A stretch of DNA of 64,000 nt from assembly GCA_027923505.1 (NCBI GenBank), contig BROI01000006.1, positions 620,001 through 684,000 on the forward strand, read 5' to 3'. Each line of letters starts with the position of its first letter. Position 1 is the first letter of the stretch. The position numbers were made by a program, and so were the translations under genes. This stretch comes from Mayamaea pseudoterrestris (taxonomy: Eukaryota). The notes beneath the pieces are model-generated. The model worked only from the letters and a program-made list of their open reading frames with translations, ran no database searches and was not told where the DNA came from. Positions 35,084-45,268 of this stretch are shown here, piece after piece.

Positions 35084-35326
35084 TTTTGTTTGGCATTTGC
35101 GACGACATCATGAAGCGAGCGTGTCGCATTACTGTCGCACTGGTTCACATTCTGTCGTACTGGTTCTGGGTTCGTGCGTCACAAGCGCAACCTCGTCACC
35201 ACACGTTCGACCCAACGCGGCCCTGAATGCTGCTGATGCTTTTGTACCGGTAGCTCCAAGCCCCGAGGCAACCTTCTCTCTTGCTTGCTAGCCCATCATC
35301 ATCCTTCAGAGAGATAGACAGTGAAC

Positions 35327-36301
35327 ATGCTGAAATCTTGCTTGGCCGCGTTTGCGGTGCTTGCATGGACATGCGGTAAGAGAATCTGAAATAAATGTCG
35401 CTGCGCTTGGAACGATTGCTGATGAAGCATCCGTCGCTTGTGATGGGCTGACTCGAACGGCCATTAGTTTCAAGAGGGACCATAATATTTTATATTGTAA
35501 AATGGATTGTATAATCAACAATCCATACGTTATCATGTGCAATTGTAAACGCGATAATCGACTTCAAGCATCGACCTGCTTGTGGAAGTTCTACTTCTTC
35601 ATGCACTCACACATCAAACCATTGCACCTCTTGCTTTATTTACTACCTCAGACGCATACTCCTTCGTATCACGCAGCAGTAGCCGATCGATCTACACTGC
35701 TGCTCCGCAATCCACCAGTGCATTGAGCATGAAGCTCTACGACTGGAAGCGACGCACGGCGGACGAGACCAGCTTGAACGACGTCGACACGTATGTCTTT
35801 ACACTTGACAATTTAAAGTCAGCGCCAGGCAGTCGCAAGCGCAAGACCCGCAAGGGTCGAGGTATTGCTGCTGGACAGGGAGCATCCTGCGGTTTTGGTA
35901 TGCGCGGACAAAAGTCCCGCAGTGGACGTCCCACCCGACCCGGCTTTGAGGGTGGACAGACGCCACTCTACCGACGACTCCCCAAGTTTGTCGGCAAGCC
36001 AACGGGACCGGGACATTCCAAGAAAATGTTCAGTTTGGTCACGACGGATCATTTGGCCAAGGCGGCGCCAGGAAGTACTGTCAACTACGAGTCACTCGAG
36101 CAGGGAAAGATTATCACCAAGTCCAAGTACAATACCTACAAGATTGTCGTCGGCAAGGACGAGTCGGCCGCCATTGCTAGTGGCTTGACGGTGCAGGCGC
36201 ATGCCTTTACGCAAACGGCCCGGGCGGCCATTGAGGCGGCGGGAGGCAAGTGCGAGCTGTTGAGCCGCACCACAGGTCAAGTGCTGCAGGAGGCGGCGTA
36301 A
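35327..36301 (+). CDS. rpl15: plastid 50S ribosomal protein L15 (nuclear-encoded, bipartite targeting)
   Basis: Exon 35327..35375 and intron 35376..35651 give MLKSCLAAFAVLAWTCDAYS-FV. Also RKGRGIAAGQGASCGFGMRGQKSRSG, GFEGGQTPLYRRLPK and AIEAAGG. Confidence 0.93.
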
Positions 36302-37464
36302 TTGATTCAGTAATCACTATGGTGTTAACTTCTTAAGAATATTCTAGTAGGGGTGGGAAGGCTGCGCCGTTGCTTGTTTGGTGTTGCAGCTCAATTTGGC
36401 AGTCTTGTATGCACAAATGATTGCTTCGCACCGACACCTACTGAACGGAGCAATGCTGTAAAGCGCACAGCATGCCTAATCGGGCACCGGCCAAAAGTCT
36501 GTTACTGCGATCATCTTTTTGTATAGAACTTTCAGTAGTAATTCCGCATGTTGTCCGCATCGTAGAAAACTGGGCATACTATGTCTTTGTCATGCTCCGC
36601 CGCCGATTGCTTTGCGAGGCGTTCCGTGTCCGAACTCGGTCTCTCTTTGTGTGCATAGCGCTATCTACCATGATTAAAGAAGCTGCGATCTAACAAATGC
36701 AACTGAATGCTGACAAGTAATGTACCGATACGTTCAGTAGCTACCGGTACATCAAACCAAAAGGTCCCATGCTCTATGTTTACCCTACGTCTGCTCTCGG
36801 CAAGGCGTTTGTAAATAATGTCGGCCTCACTGTCAGTTACTGCAAGCTCATGTACGCTCTTCTGTGTGATCGTTTATAAATTGTACTTCAATTAGCAACG
36901 ACGGTGTAGTCCTCGCAGCTGCCATGTTACAGTTTGGCGAGCTGAAGGCGGATTGATGTTGCCATTCTTGGCCAATGAGGCTATTCAAAAACTGTCTGTG
37001 ACTTAAAGCACGAATGAATGTTTGTCAACTACTTATGCCTCCCTCCTTGGAAGTCAAAAAATGATGCACGATAACTTCGCTATGCCAGGCGAATGTTATT
37101 GCAGCTCGCCTATTCCATTGACAACTTATAATGATAAACTGCAAGAGCAGTGTACAATACCAGACGTGCGTACAAAACCAACAAAGATTTGTCCAATCTA
37201 CGACGGCTCCTGTAGAATTGCAGATAAGTGGCGGCAGATTCCGTTTACGATTAGAGCGCCACAACATCTTGCATCTTGGTCCGAGGCACATCTGTCGCCG
37301 GCAATTGATGTCAATTCCACGATTACAGTCACTTTTTCTTTCGCATGCACTTATAGCACGGAAAACAGCGCTGACCGTTGCTTCTTGAAATAGATGCAGG
37401 TGTATCCGGCTCCCGTTGCGCAGGCAAAACTCTTTTTGGCAGAATTGACCATAAAGCAGAGGAG

Positions 37465-38214
37465 ATGAACATGCCTCTGCACCTCCAAGAGCTGCTGGAA
37501 ACAGTCAGCATCGTGCACATTGTCGAAGACAATGCCAGGCTTCCCGCGCAATCTGCAACGGACGAGTATTACAGGAACATGTCGCTCCTCAGGCATACGC
37601 GGCGAGAGCCACACACATTGTACATGAAATCGCCGGTTCCTCGGCGGCAAAAGTTGCGCATTGGAGCCAAATCCTCGCCAGGAGCCTCTCCACTTGGTCG
37701 ACAAAGGCTGTCGGTCCGAAGTTCACTGCAGCAGCAGCTTCCGCTGGCACCACCGCCATGGAGCAAGCGCAACAAAGTTAGTCGATGGGACAATAGCTCG
37801 TCCGACGGCGCTGACAGTTTGAATTCGGACGCGACAGTTTCCGCGTCGATGCGCCCCAAAATGCCGGTCAGATCTTGGAAGCAGTCGAGCCATTACGATT
37901 CCCCGTCCGTTCCCGTTAGAAAGAATAGCATGGATCTGTCCTTGTCCAACGTGATTGAAGATATGCAACTCGTGTATGGCAGCGACGACGATGTTGAGGA
38001 CGATGACGATATGACAAACTCGACGGCGACGATCAACACAATGTCTCCCGGTACGCCTCGAGAGATAAAGGCGCGCATACGTGATCACTTGCGGGCAGAG
38101 CGGACATTGCCCGTCCAAGTCTTGTCGAACGAATCCACTTCGTCACTCATCCAACTGGTGATTGACGACCTCAAGCTTTACGACGACAGTGAGAGTAATA
38201 CTGATGAGCTGTAA
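37465..38214 (+). CDS. hypothetical Ser-rich protein
   Basis: ORF of about 249 aa from ATG 37465, with short motifs IVEDNA, SRWD, PKMPVRS and PSVPVRKNS. Confidence 0.65.
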   Translation: MNMPLHLQELLETVSIVHIVEDNARLPAQSATDEYYRNMSLLRHTRREPHTLYMKSPVPRRQKLRIGAKSSPGASPLGRQRLSVRSSLQQQLPLAPPPWSKRNKVSRWDNSSSDGADSLNSDATVSASMRPKMPVRSWKQSSHYDSPSVPVRKNSMDLSLSNVIEDMQLVYGSDDDVEDDDDMTNSTATINTMSPGTPREIKARIRDHLRAERTLPVQVLSNESTSSLIQLVIDDLKLYDDSESNTDEL

Positions 38215-38363
38215 ATGGCGCATGCAGTAAGCTCTGCTTTTTCAAGGGTTAAAGTAGAAGATATCTAATTCAAACATTGGTGTTAGGGGAAATTTGCAGA
38301 ACACAGTTATACACATGCACCACTTTACTATGACAGCTTTTGGGTAGCGCCCTTCCTTCAAAT

Positions 38364-38457
38364 GTATGCCATCACAAGGCGTAGCCAGGGGAGCATCGCG
38401 ATACGTAGTATGCCATCACAACGTCTTTTTGTAGCCAGGGGAGCATCGCGATACGTG
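38364..38457 (+). repeat. imperfect tandem duplication (44/50 bp) in a convergent intergenic region
   Basis: gtatgccatcacaa at 38364 and 38408; gtagccaggggagcatcgcgatacgt identical at 38381-38406 and 38431-38456. Confidence 0.9.
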
Positions 38458-38737
38458 TACCGTACTCCTTGTCCGGCGCCCCGTTGACATGTTGAGCAGA
38501 GTCTTTCAACTCTTCTCGCTTTCGATCGTACCTGCAACTAAGGACTAACTTTAGAATGTATGACATAAATGACAGAATTATGCTTGACGGTGGCTTGCTA
38601 AAAACGTACGTAGATTAACTTACAGTTACTCTAAAATATCGTTGCTCGTCCATGCTTTTTCGTCTATTTCACGTCAGCAGACACATCTTTCACACGACCA
38701 TCCGCAGCTGTCAGCAGATACTCATCAGTTTGTTTAC

Positions 38738-40495
38738 TCAACCCAAAATGTCCTTCTGATCATTAGCCCGTTCAGCCACATCCTGATCCGCTCGCCCATC
38801 AATTTGGTCACGATACGCAAACGCCTTTGACGCAATCGCTCCAGATCGAAAGTCGTCAAGAAACTGCGCCTTGTCCACTTTGCGGGCCCGCCGAATGCCT
38901 TCATCCTTCATGGCGCGCACCTTGTTTCGCGCTCCCAAAGCCTGCTCCACCACTTCGTCTCCGCCAACGCCCCAAACTTCCAAGCAGTCAATCGCAAACT
39001 GCGTACGCTGTGAACCAACGCCATCCTCGCCAGGCGCCAGCAGTAATCCATTGTCAAACGTCAAGTCAACCGAGGCGGCCACATTGTCGTCAAAGTTTTC
39101 CGCCAAAAACAAGCGAGGCTGATCGACTGTTCCACCAAAACCCAGTCCATGCGCCTGCTGATCATAGCCCTTGCTGCGGGAGTTTGGATTAAGGTACATG
39201 AACCGCTGGTTGCTTCCAGTGGGTCGATAGACACATGTTCGCGGCGAAAGCTGATATAAAAAACAGTCGGCGAGTCCGTAAAAGTCCTTGCTTTCCTTCC
39301 ACTGACTTGCAGTAAATGCTCCAAAGACACTGTTGCTTGAACTTTTACTGGAAGCAATGGATCGAATCACAATCAACGTTGGTCCGCTATAGCCAACCAG
39401 TGCATTCTGCAGGCGATTGAACGACAAGCCATCATGATCCGACGAATACAAGCGAAAGAATGATCCACTCAGTGCCGACGAAAAACATGCCAGCGCAAAG
39501 AGTCGCGGTGATTTCAACGACTCAAACAAGGACGACTCTTGCAGCGAGTATGGAAACGAAAAGGCAGTCCGTGATGGAGGAAAGGGTCGGTCAGGGAAAA
39601 AGATGGAATGCATAAAGGTTGGCAAAATGCTGGCAAAGAGAGGTGCCGTCGCGTCGCACCACTCGATGAGTTCGTCCAACGTAATGGCGTCGTCTGCAAT
39701 TGATGTTCTGCCATTCGAATCTGAAACTGTTGCCGCTGCTGTGTATTGTTGCTGCTGCATATTCATTCGCCTGTCACGTGCACGCTGCAGCATGCTTTGC
39801 GCAAGTGCGTCCAATTGCAACGAATCGTCGTCATTGCTGCTGTTGCTTGGAACATAGTCTGACATGTCTAGCGTTTCATCGACTGTTGCTTTCAAAAATG
39901 CAGTTGCAAGTGCAATTCGGTAGGCGAGCTTGGCAATCTCGTGCGCCTGGCACGAGTCGTGCTGCTGGTCGTAGGATGCGCAGGAGCGCAGCAACACGGT
40001 CAGCGTCTGCTTGGCGCCTCGTCGGCCCGAGCTAGCCACGCCCTCCAAAAATGCTTCCAGGCGGCTCCGTTCCATGTGTTCATCCGTGGCTCTGGTTGAA
40101 TCTAGAGTTGTTGTCGGTAAAGCTGTACCTTCTGTTGATTGGTCTGCATACACAAAAACATCGTCATGCTGACTCGTACAAAACGCCGTTTGATATAATC
40201 GCAATCCCCAATCTTGCGGCAGAATCTGCGATTCGATAACTTGAAAAAGTGTTTCTCGTTCCGTTTGGTTTGTGGTCTTGCTGCATTGGATGCTCCATTC
40301 CGTCAAGAATGAGGAGGAAACTTGTTGCTGCTGCTGTCGACTCGCCAGGAGCTTATGATACACCGAGTACAAATGCAACAGCTCACTGTCGCCAAAGGGC
40401 ATTCGTTCAGCGAGATGCTGAATCTCAATTTGCTGCTTGGTTTGGTGCTGCTGATGTTGCCTAGGAGGCTTACATGATGGACTGATGTTTCCCAT
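38738..40495 (-). CDS. TLDc-domain protein (TLDC1/MEAK7-like), N-myristoylation-like start
   Basis: MGNISPS, RLYSSDHDGLSFNRL, GYSGPTLIVI, VFGAFT..QW, FYG..DCFLYQL, GLGFGG and LEVWGVG. Confidence 0.9.
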   Translation of the reverse strand: MGNISPSCKPPRQHQQHQTKQQIEIQHLAERMPFGDSELLHLYSVYHKLLASRQQQQQVSSSFLTEWSIQCSKTTNQTERETLFQVIESQILPQDWGLRLYQTAFCTSQHDDVFVYADQSTEGTALPTTTLDSTRATDEHMERSRLEAFLEGVASSGRRGAKQTLTVLLRSCASYDQQHDSCQAHEIAKLAYRIALATAFLKATVDETLDMSDYVPSNSSNDDDSLQLDALAQSMLQRARDRRMNMQQQQYTAAATVSDSNGRTSIADDAITLDELIEWCDATAPLFASILPTFMHSIFFPDRPFPPSRTAFSFPYSLQESSLFESLKSPRLFALACFSSALSGSFFRLYSSDHDGLSFNRLQNALVGYSGPTLIVIRSIASSKSSSNSVFGAFTASQWKESKDFYGLADCFLYQLSPRTCVYRPTGSNQRFMYLNPNSRSKGYDQQAHGLGFGGTVDQPRLFLAENFDDNVAASVDLTFDNGLLLAPGEDGVGSQRTQFAIDCLEVWGVGGDEVVEQALGARNKVRAMKDEGIRRARKVDKAQFLDDFRSGAIASKAFAYRDQIDGRADQDVAERANDQKDILG

Positions 40496-40894
40496 AGTTG
40501 TTGGTCGTTGGTGAATGTGAAGCTAAGGTCAAACGGCTGCCGACGTGGAAGCTTTTCGAATTCGAATGCAAAGTGCAACGCCTTTGAGAGTGACTTTATA
40601 ATCTGCGTTACTTACTAGCTCAATATGCTAGAATGCAGACACGTTCTTCAATAGAGACTCTAAATGCATGCAATCGCTCATATTATTTGTCATGGTATTC
40701 GTCGGCAAGAAAGCAACTACTCGCGGTCCGACAAAAAAGTCTGTCTTTTCAGTGCCGCTCCTTCCTTCCCGCGTTCGACGACCGCCGATCAAGATCCTTT
40801 GGACCATGTATACTTTCCGTCGCTGCTTGATCGTTCCAGCTTACTTCCTAGTCGTCATTCATAATACTACATCAGCAGCAGCAGCAGCAGCACC

Positions 40895-41740
40895 ATGTAC
40901 TTGACGCGCTCGGAATATGATCGCGGTGTAAACACCTTCTCGCCGGAAGGACGCTTGTTTCAGGTGCGTTCTCTCATGGCAAAACGCAGGGCTTCATTTT
41001 TCATGGAGATTGAGTTTTTTTTCCTCTTTGTATTTGCACTCATCAAATTTACTAACAAATCCCATCATCAGGTCGAATACGCCATTGAAGCCATCAAACT
41101 CGGCTCCACCGCCGTCGGCATTGAAACCAAGCACGGATGCGTCTTGGCGGTGGAAAAGCGCCTCAGCTCTCCGCTACTGGATCCATCGTCGGTGGAAAAG
41201 ATTGCCGAGATTGACTCGCACATTGGCGCCGCCATGAGTGGCCTCGTGGCCGATGCCCGGACGCTGGTGGATCACGCGCGCGTCGAAGCGCAGAATCATA
41301 CCTTTACCTACAATGAGCCCATTGGAGTCGAGCCGCTCACGCAGGCGGTGTGTGACTTGGCACTGTCGTTTGGAGAAGGTTCGGATGGAGACTCAAAGAA
41401 GCGCATGAGTCGGCCATTTGGTGTAGCGCTGTTGCTGGCTGGTTATGATGAACTTGATGGATGTCAGTTGTTCTTCAGTGATCCGTCGGGAACATTTGTG
41501 CGTTACAAGGCCAAGGCGATTGGAGCGGGGAGTGAAGGCGCGCAATCAAATTTGGAGGAGTCGTACTCGGCAACCATGACGCTGGAGGAGGCGGAAACAC
41601 TGGCGTTGACGACGCTCAAGGCAGTCATGGAGGAAAAGATTTCAACGGATAATATTGAACTAGCTCGTGTGACTCCGGAGAAGGGCTTTCACATTGCCAA
41701 TCACCAAGAAGTGGGCGCCGCTTTAGAGCGACTTCCATAA
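40895..41740 (+). CDS. PSMA5: 20S proteasome subunit alpha type-5
   Basis: [36 protein letters not shown] with an in-frame 108-nt intron 40964..41071. Also [10 protein letters not shown] and [12 protein letters not shown]. Confidence 0.97.
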   Translation: MYLTRSEYDRGVNTFSPEGRLFQVRSLMAKRRASFFMEIEFFFLFVFALIKFTNKSHHQVEYAIEAIKLGSTAVGIETKHGCVLAVEKRLSSPLLDPSSVEKIAEIDSHIGAAMSGLVADARTLVDHARVEAQNHTFTYNEPIGVEPLTQAVCDLALSFGEGSDGDSKKRMSRPFGVALLLAGYDELDGCQLFFSDPSGTFVRYKAKAIGAGSEGAQSNLEESYSATMTLEEAETLALTTLKAVMEEKISTDNIELARVTPEKGFHIANHQEVGAALERLP

Positions 41741-41872
41741 TCTTCATGTTGTTTCACTTTAGCTTGGACTGAGTACAAATCAATGATAATATAAATGACA
41801 ATTAAAACTTGAATAATGTGTAACTTCTGCGATGACATTCATTATTGTTCACGAGACTTTTTTCTTTGACTT

Positions 41873-44107
41873 CTAATCCTTCTTCACCTTTTTAATCGCA
41901 CGCTCGTCGGAAACCTTGAGCATGGCTTCCGCTTCCTGTCGAGCAACCGCAAGGGCCGCCAAGACTTCCTGGCTCAAACCATTGGACGCTGAGACATCAT
42001 TCGAGCTATCGGTCGTGGCCGCGCGGTCTTGCTGCGTTGCGATAAGGCCAGTAACAGCAAGTCCTGTTTCTACTGCAACTGCTGGAGCCTGCACAATGGT
42101 TTCAATCATAAAGTCTTCGTCGTCGCTGTCAAAGTCATGCTTCAGTCGCGAATCCTCGACGAAATAGCCTCCGTCGCTACTACTTGTACTTGCATCGTCG
42201 TCAGGATTTGACAATGATTCGACGGTTGCATGCGCGGCCTTTGCGTGCTTGGGAGGCGAATCCGGCACTTTTGTTTTGGAAATGGAAGTCGTTGTTTCGT
42301 TTGCTTCATCAATCTCGTCCTGTACTGGATCGAATGTTTGGATTTTGTGATCATTATTTCGTAATTGGCTGCCAACCGTCTCGTCGGCTTCTGGAAGAGC
42401 GTCGTCTGGACGACCCAAGGCATTCAGTGCATTTGATTCAACTGTTTCGCTTGGCGGCGTACTAATCGCATCACCTGCTGCAACAGCTTCGCTTGGATCT
42501 AGAGCCTCGCAACGTTCTGTTGCAGCAGGTGCCGGCTCGACGACCGCGTCTTCACTGTCATTTTCTGTAAGCGCTACTTCGTCAATCTGTTCATTACTCG
42601 ACGAGGACCCCTCCGTTGACTCATCTTTTGCTGTCTCCGGTGATGGTACTTTTCTGGAAACGACTTGGTGTAACATTGCGTCGTTGTCGTCCTCGTCGTC
42701 ACTGTCATTATTGCGTCTCTGCAAAGGATGCTGTGAATTGTCCTCCGTTTCCGAGTCGCTATCCGCTAGAAAGGCCTCCAGTGCAGCTTCGCTATCGCCA
42801 AGATAGGTATCTGTCTTTGTTACTGCTTGTTGTTGCTCCTGGTGCTGTTGTTGTTGAATGTGTTGGTTTTTATCGGGAAGTATCTGTCGACGTGCGAAAG
42901 GTTTTGAGACACCTTCCTGCACCGGCTCGTCAGTATCCTCACTTGCAATCTGTGCTGTAGCAACTGTCTTTTGTGAATGACGAATCGAGCGTGGACTAGG
43001 CGAGGATGGTTGTTGTCCATTTTGTTGCAATAAACTCGGCAATATCGATTCCATGTATTCAGTGTACGACACTTGAGACAATGCTTGCACTTGCCGCCTG
43101 GCCGTAAAAACTTGCTGCAGCATGGCTTCCAGATCACTTTGCTTGCGCTGCAAATATGCTTGATAGATAAAGGAATGCAGCCTTTGCAAACCAAAGCAGT
43201 TGAACAATGAAACATGCCCGCACATTAATACGAGACGATTGGGTTCCAATGCGGCATAACTCTGCAAAACGTTCATTGTCACGCTTGTCATGTCACTGAC
43301 AATTTCATGCAGTTCATCTTCGTCTGCGTCTTGGCCAAGCAAGTCGCGAAAGTTGATTAATACGCACAAGCAAATGGGTCGAGTAAAGGTGTGTTTCGAT
43401 TGCTTTGTCTTTGTTGCTTCTCTTGTTGCGTCGTCGTCATGCTCATCCCCATCGCCATGCCGCTCATTGTCTGTTTTGTATCCTTGTAGTTTGAGCAAGT
43501 CTTTTAGCGATTGCTTCAAGTGCTTCTTGACATGCTTTCGCTTCTGTTGCGGATGAACGACAAGGACCGCAAAGTCGACGGCATGTGCGTCATTTTCTGG
43601 CAGACCCAGACCAACCTGCAACTCAATCCTGTCCCAAGTTTGGGCCGATGCTTTGTAGGGTGCAGTAATGGATGAATTTGTAGCTGCAGCTTCAATCAAA
43701 TCTTTAGTTGCAGAGTCGGCAAAGGGATCCTTGCCTTGCAGTCGATTCATCAGTGTACGCTTTCCAGACTTTGGTAAACCGAACACTATTCCATTTAACC
43801 GACATACTGGATCCGATAGAGTAGACTGCGGCCTTTGGCGACGACGAGAATGAATGGATGGAGGCGTTTTGGATGCTGGTGCGGCTTGCAGAGAAGATGC
43901 TGCTGAAGGACGACGAGGACGAGTAGAAGGCCCCGCTACATCGTCCTCTTCAGCGTCAACAAAAATCGATTCTGTAGTTCCCATTACACAATCTCTTTGC
44001 TTGTAACTCTTATTTGAACGTTTCCGTGGTCTAGAGGAACGACGTTGCTGGCTTGTGTCATGATCATGGAAGTGTCGGTTCGGTCGCGAAACAGCTTCGT
44101 GTCTCAT
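41873..44107 (-). CDS. RABL6: Rab-like protein 6 (RABL6)-like GTPase with acidic tail
   Basis: GLPKSGKRTLMNRLQGKDPF, CVLINFRDL and SLFNCFGLQRLHSFI..AYLQ parallel RABL6 motifs. Acidic disordered C-half and Lys-rich end. The start may be ATG 43984 (MGTTES). Confidence 0.7.
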   Translation of the reverse strand: MRHEAVSRPNRHFHDHDTSQQRRSSRPRKRSNKSYKQRDCVMGTTESIFVDAEEDDVAGPSTRPRRPSAASSLQAAPASKTPPSIHSRRRQRPQSTLSDPVCRLNGIVFGLPKSGKRTLMNRLQGKDPFADSATKDLIEAAATNSSITAPYKASAQTWDRIELQVGLGLPENDAHAVDFAVLVVHPQQKRKHVKKHLKQSLKDLLKLQGYKTDNERHGDGDEHDDDATREATKTKQSKHTFTRPICLCVLINFRDLLGQDADEDELHEIVSDMTSVTMNVLQSYAALEPNRLVLMCGHVSLFNCFGLQRLHSFIYQAYLQRKQSDLEAMLQQVFTARRQVQALSQVSYTEYMESILPSLLQQNGQQPSSPSPRSIRHSQKTVATAQIASEDTDEPVQEGVSKPFARRQILPDKNQHIQQQQHQEQQQAVTKTDTYLGDSEAALEAFLADSDSETEDNSQHPLQRRNNDSDDEDDNDAMLHQVVSRKVPSPETAKDESTEGSSSSNEQIDEVALTENDSEDAVVEPAPAATERCEALDPSEAVAAGDAISTPPSETVESNALNALGRPDDALPEADETVGSQLRNNDHKIQTFDPVQDEIDEANETTTSISKTKVPDSPPKHAKAAHATVESLSNPDDDASTSSSDGGYFVEDSRLKHDFDSDDEDFMIETIVQAPAVAVETGLAVTGLIATQQDRAATTDSSNDVSASNGLSQEVLAALAVARQEAEAMLKVSDERAIKKVKKD

Positions 44108-44180
44108 CGGTTTTGCCTACGCCGATCGGCGCGCCATCCGTTTTTTCCTCTCACAAAATTCAACTCCAATTTCCATCACC

Positions 44181-44806
44181 ATGGCAAGTCCTCAAGCTCA
44201 AGCGCGCGCCAATGCGCTCAATGCGCAACTGGAGGGAAATGCGCAAACCACCATTGATGAAATAGAGCGACTCTACATTCGACCAGTCGCTCGCAAGGCG
44301 CACGTTTGTGCCGTCAGTTGCTACGACAAGGCTGGCAACAAGGGACCAATGGATGCTTTAAATGCTTGCGTACGAACATGTCAAGGGAGTCATCAACAAG
44401 CGAATAACTTTTTACAAAATGTAAGATGGATTGGTGAAGACGTGGCGCTTTATTGGTTCGTCTTTGGCAATATTGACGAAGTAAGCAGCGACTGCATTGT
44501 GCATTGCAACTTGTAATGCAGTTGCAATATGGAAGCTATGTCATTTTATCTCATCAACATTCTCCTTTCATCCTTCTTTCTATGCCACAGGAAATTAATC
44601 AGTTTCAGAACCGCGTCCATCGCGCCATGGCCGACTGTCAGGACGAAGCCCGCGACCTCATGGTACCTGGCTGGGAGCAGGACGCCAAATTAACCTCCAA
44701 AGTGGAAACGGCGTTACTGTCGTGCATGACCAAGGCGGTGGACAGTCACAGCAAACTGCTCAAGCCAATGAAGGATCGTGTTAGTCAGCAGTTGAAGAAT
44801 TTGTAG
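44181..44806 (+). CDS. FAM136A-like (DUF842) twin-Cys protein
   Basis: CAVSCYD and CVRTCQ, intron 44421..44590, then EINQFQNRVHRAMADCQDEARD and SCMTKAVDSH. Confidence 0.85.
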
Positions 44807-45268
44807 TTGTACTTGTCGCAGGTTTTGGCTTGGCTTTTTACCTTGCTGGCGGATAGAGATTCTGCTGATTGATGAGCCCATCTAATTGCTGCGCACATCG
44901 AGTAACTCGATGATTAATGACGTAGACGTTGAGAAACTCTAAACTTGCTAAAAGGGAAGCTGCTCGTCCTGAATGGTGCTGTTTTTAAACTTTTCGGATA
45001 ATTCATGTCACCCTCCGGTTATTCGTTTTGCTTGCTAATGGATTGAATCACACCTCATGAGAACATTTCTCGGCGTTCATCTCGTTAGACTCTGTATGCG
45101 AGTATTCTTGGCCAAGCAATTCTGGGCAAGCTGATGGCTGATGCAGATGGTAGATAAACCGAGTGACAATTAGGACACTTAACGTCGTACCGTTACTCAA
45201 TCGCTCATTCTTCACGTCCATCGCATCACTGTTTCGAGCCTCCACCATGACAATGCCATAAAACACTC

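Noticed and set aside
35376..35651. Box C/D snoRNA in the long rpl15 intron (TGATGA at 35420, CTGA at 35448)
   Set aside because: The boxes span only about 32 nt with no evident terminal stem or guide, which is too short for a snoRNA.
40872..40891. (CAG)n run just before the PSMA5 start, and poly-Q codon runs in the HSF genes
   Set aside because: Short microsatellites, common throughout this window.
40964..41071. 36-aa hydrophobic insertion in proteasome alpha5 shown by the ORF track
   Set aside because: It is a GT-AG intron of 108 nt with no in-frame stop. Removing it restores the conserved RLFQ-VEYA.
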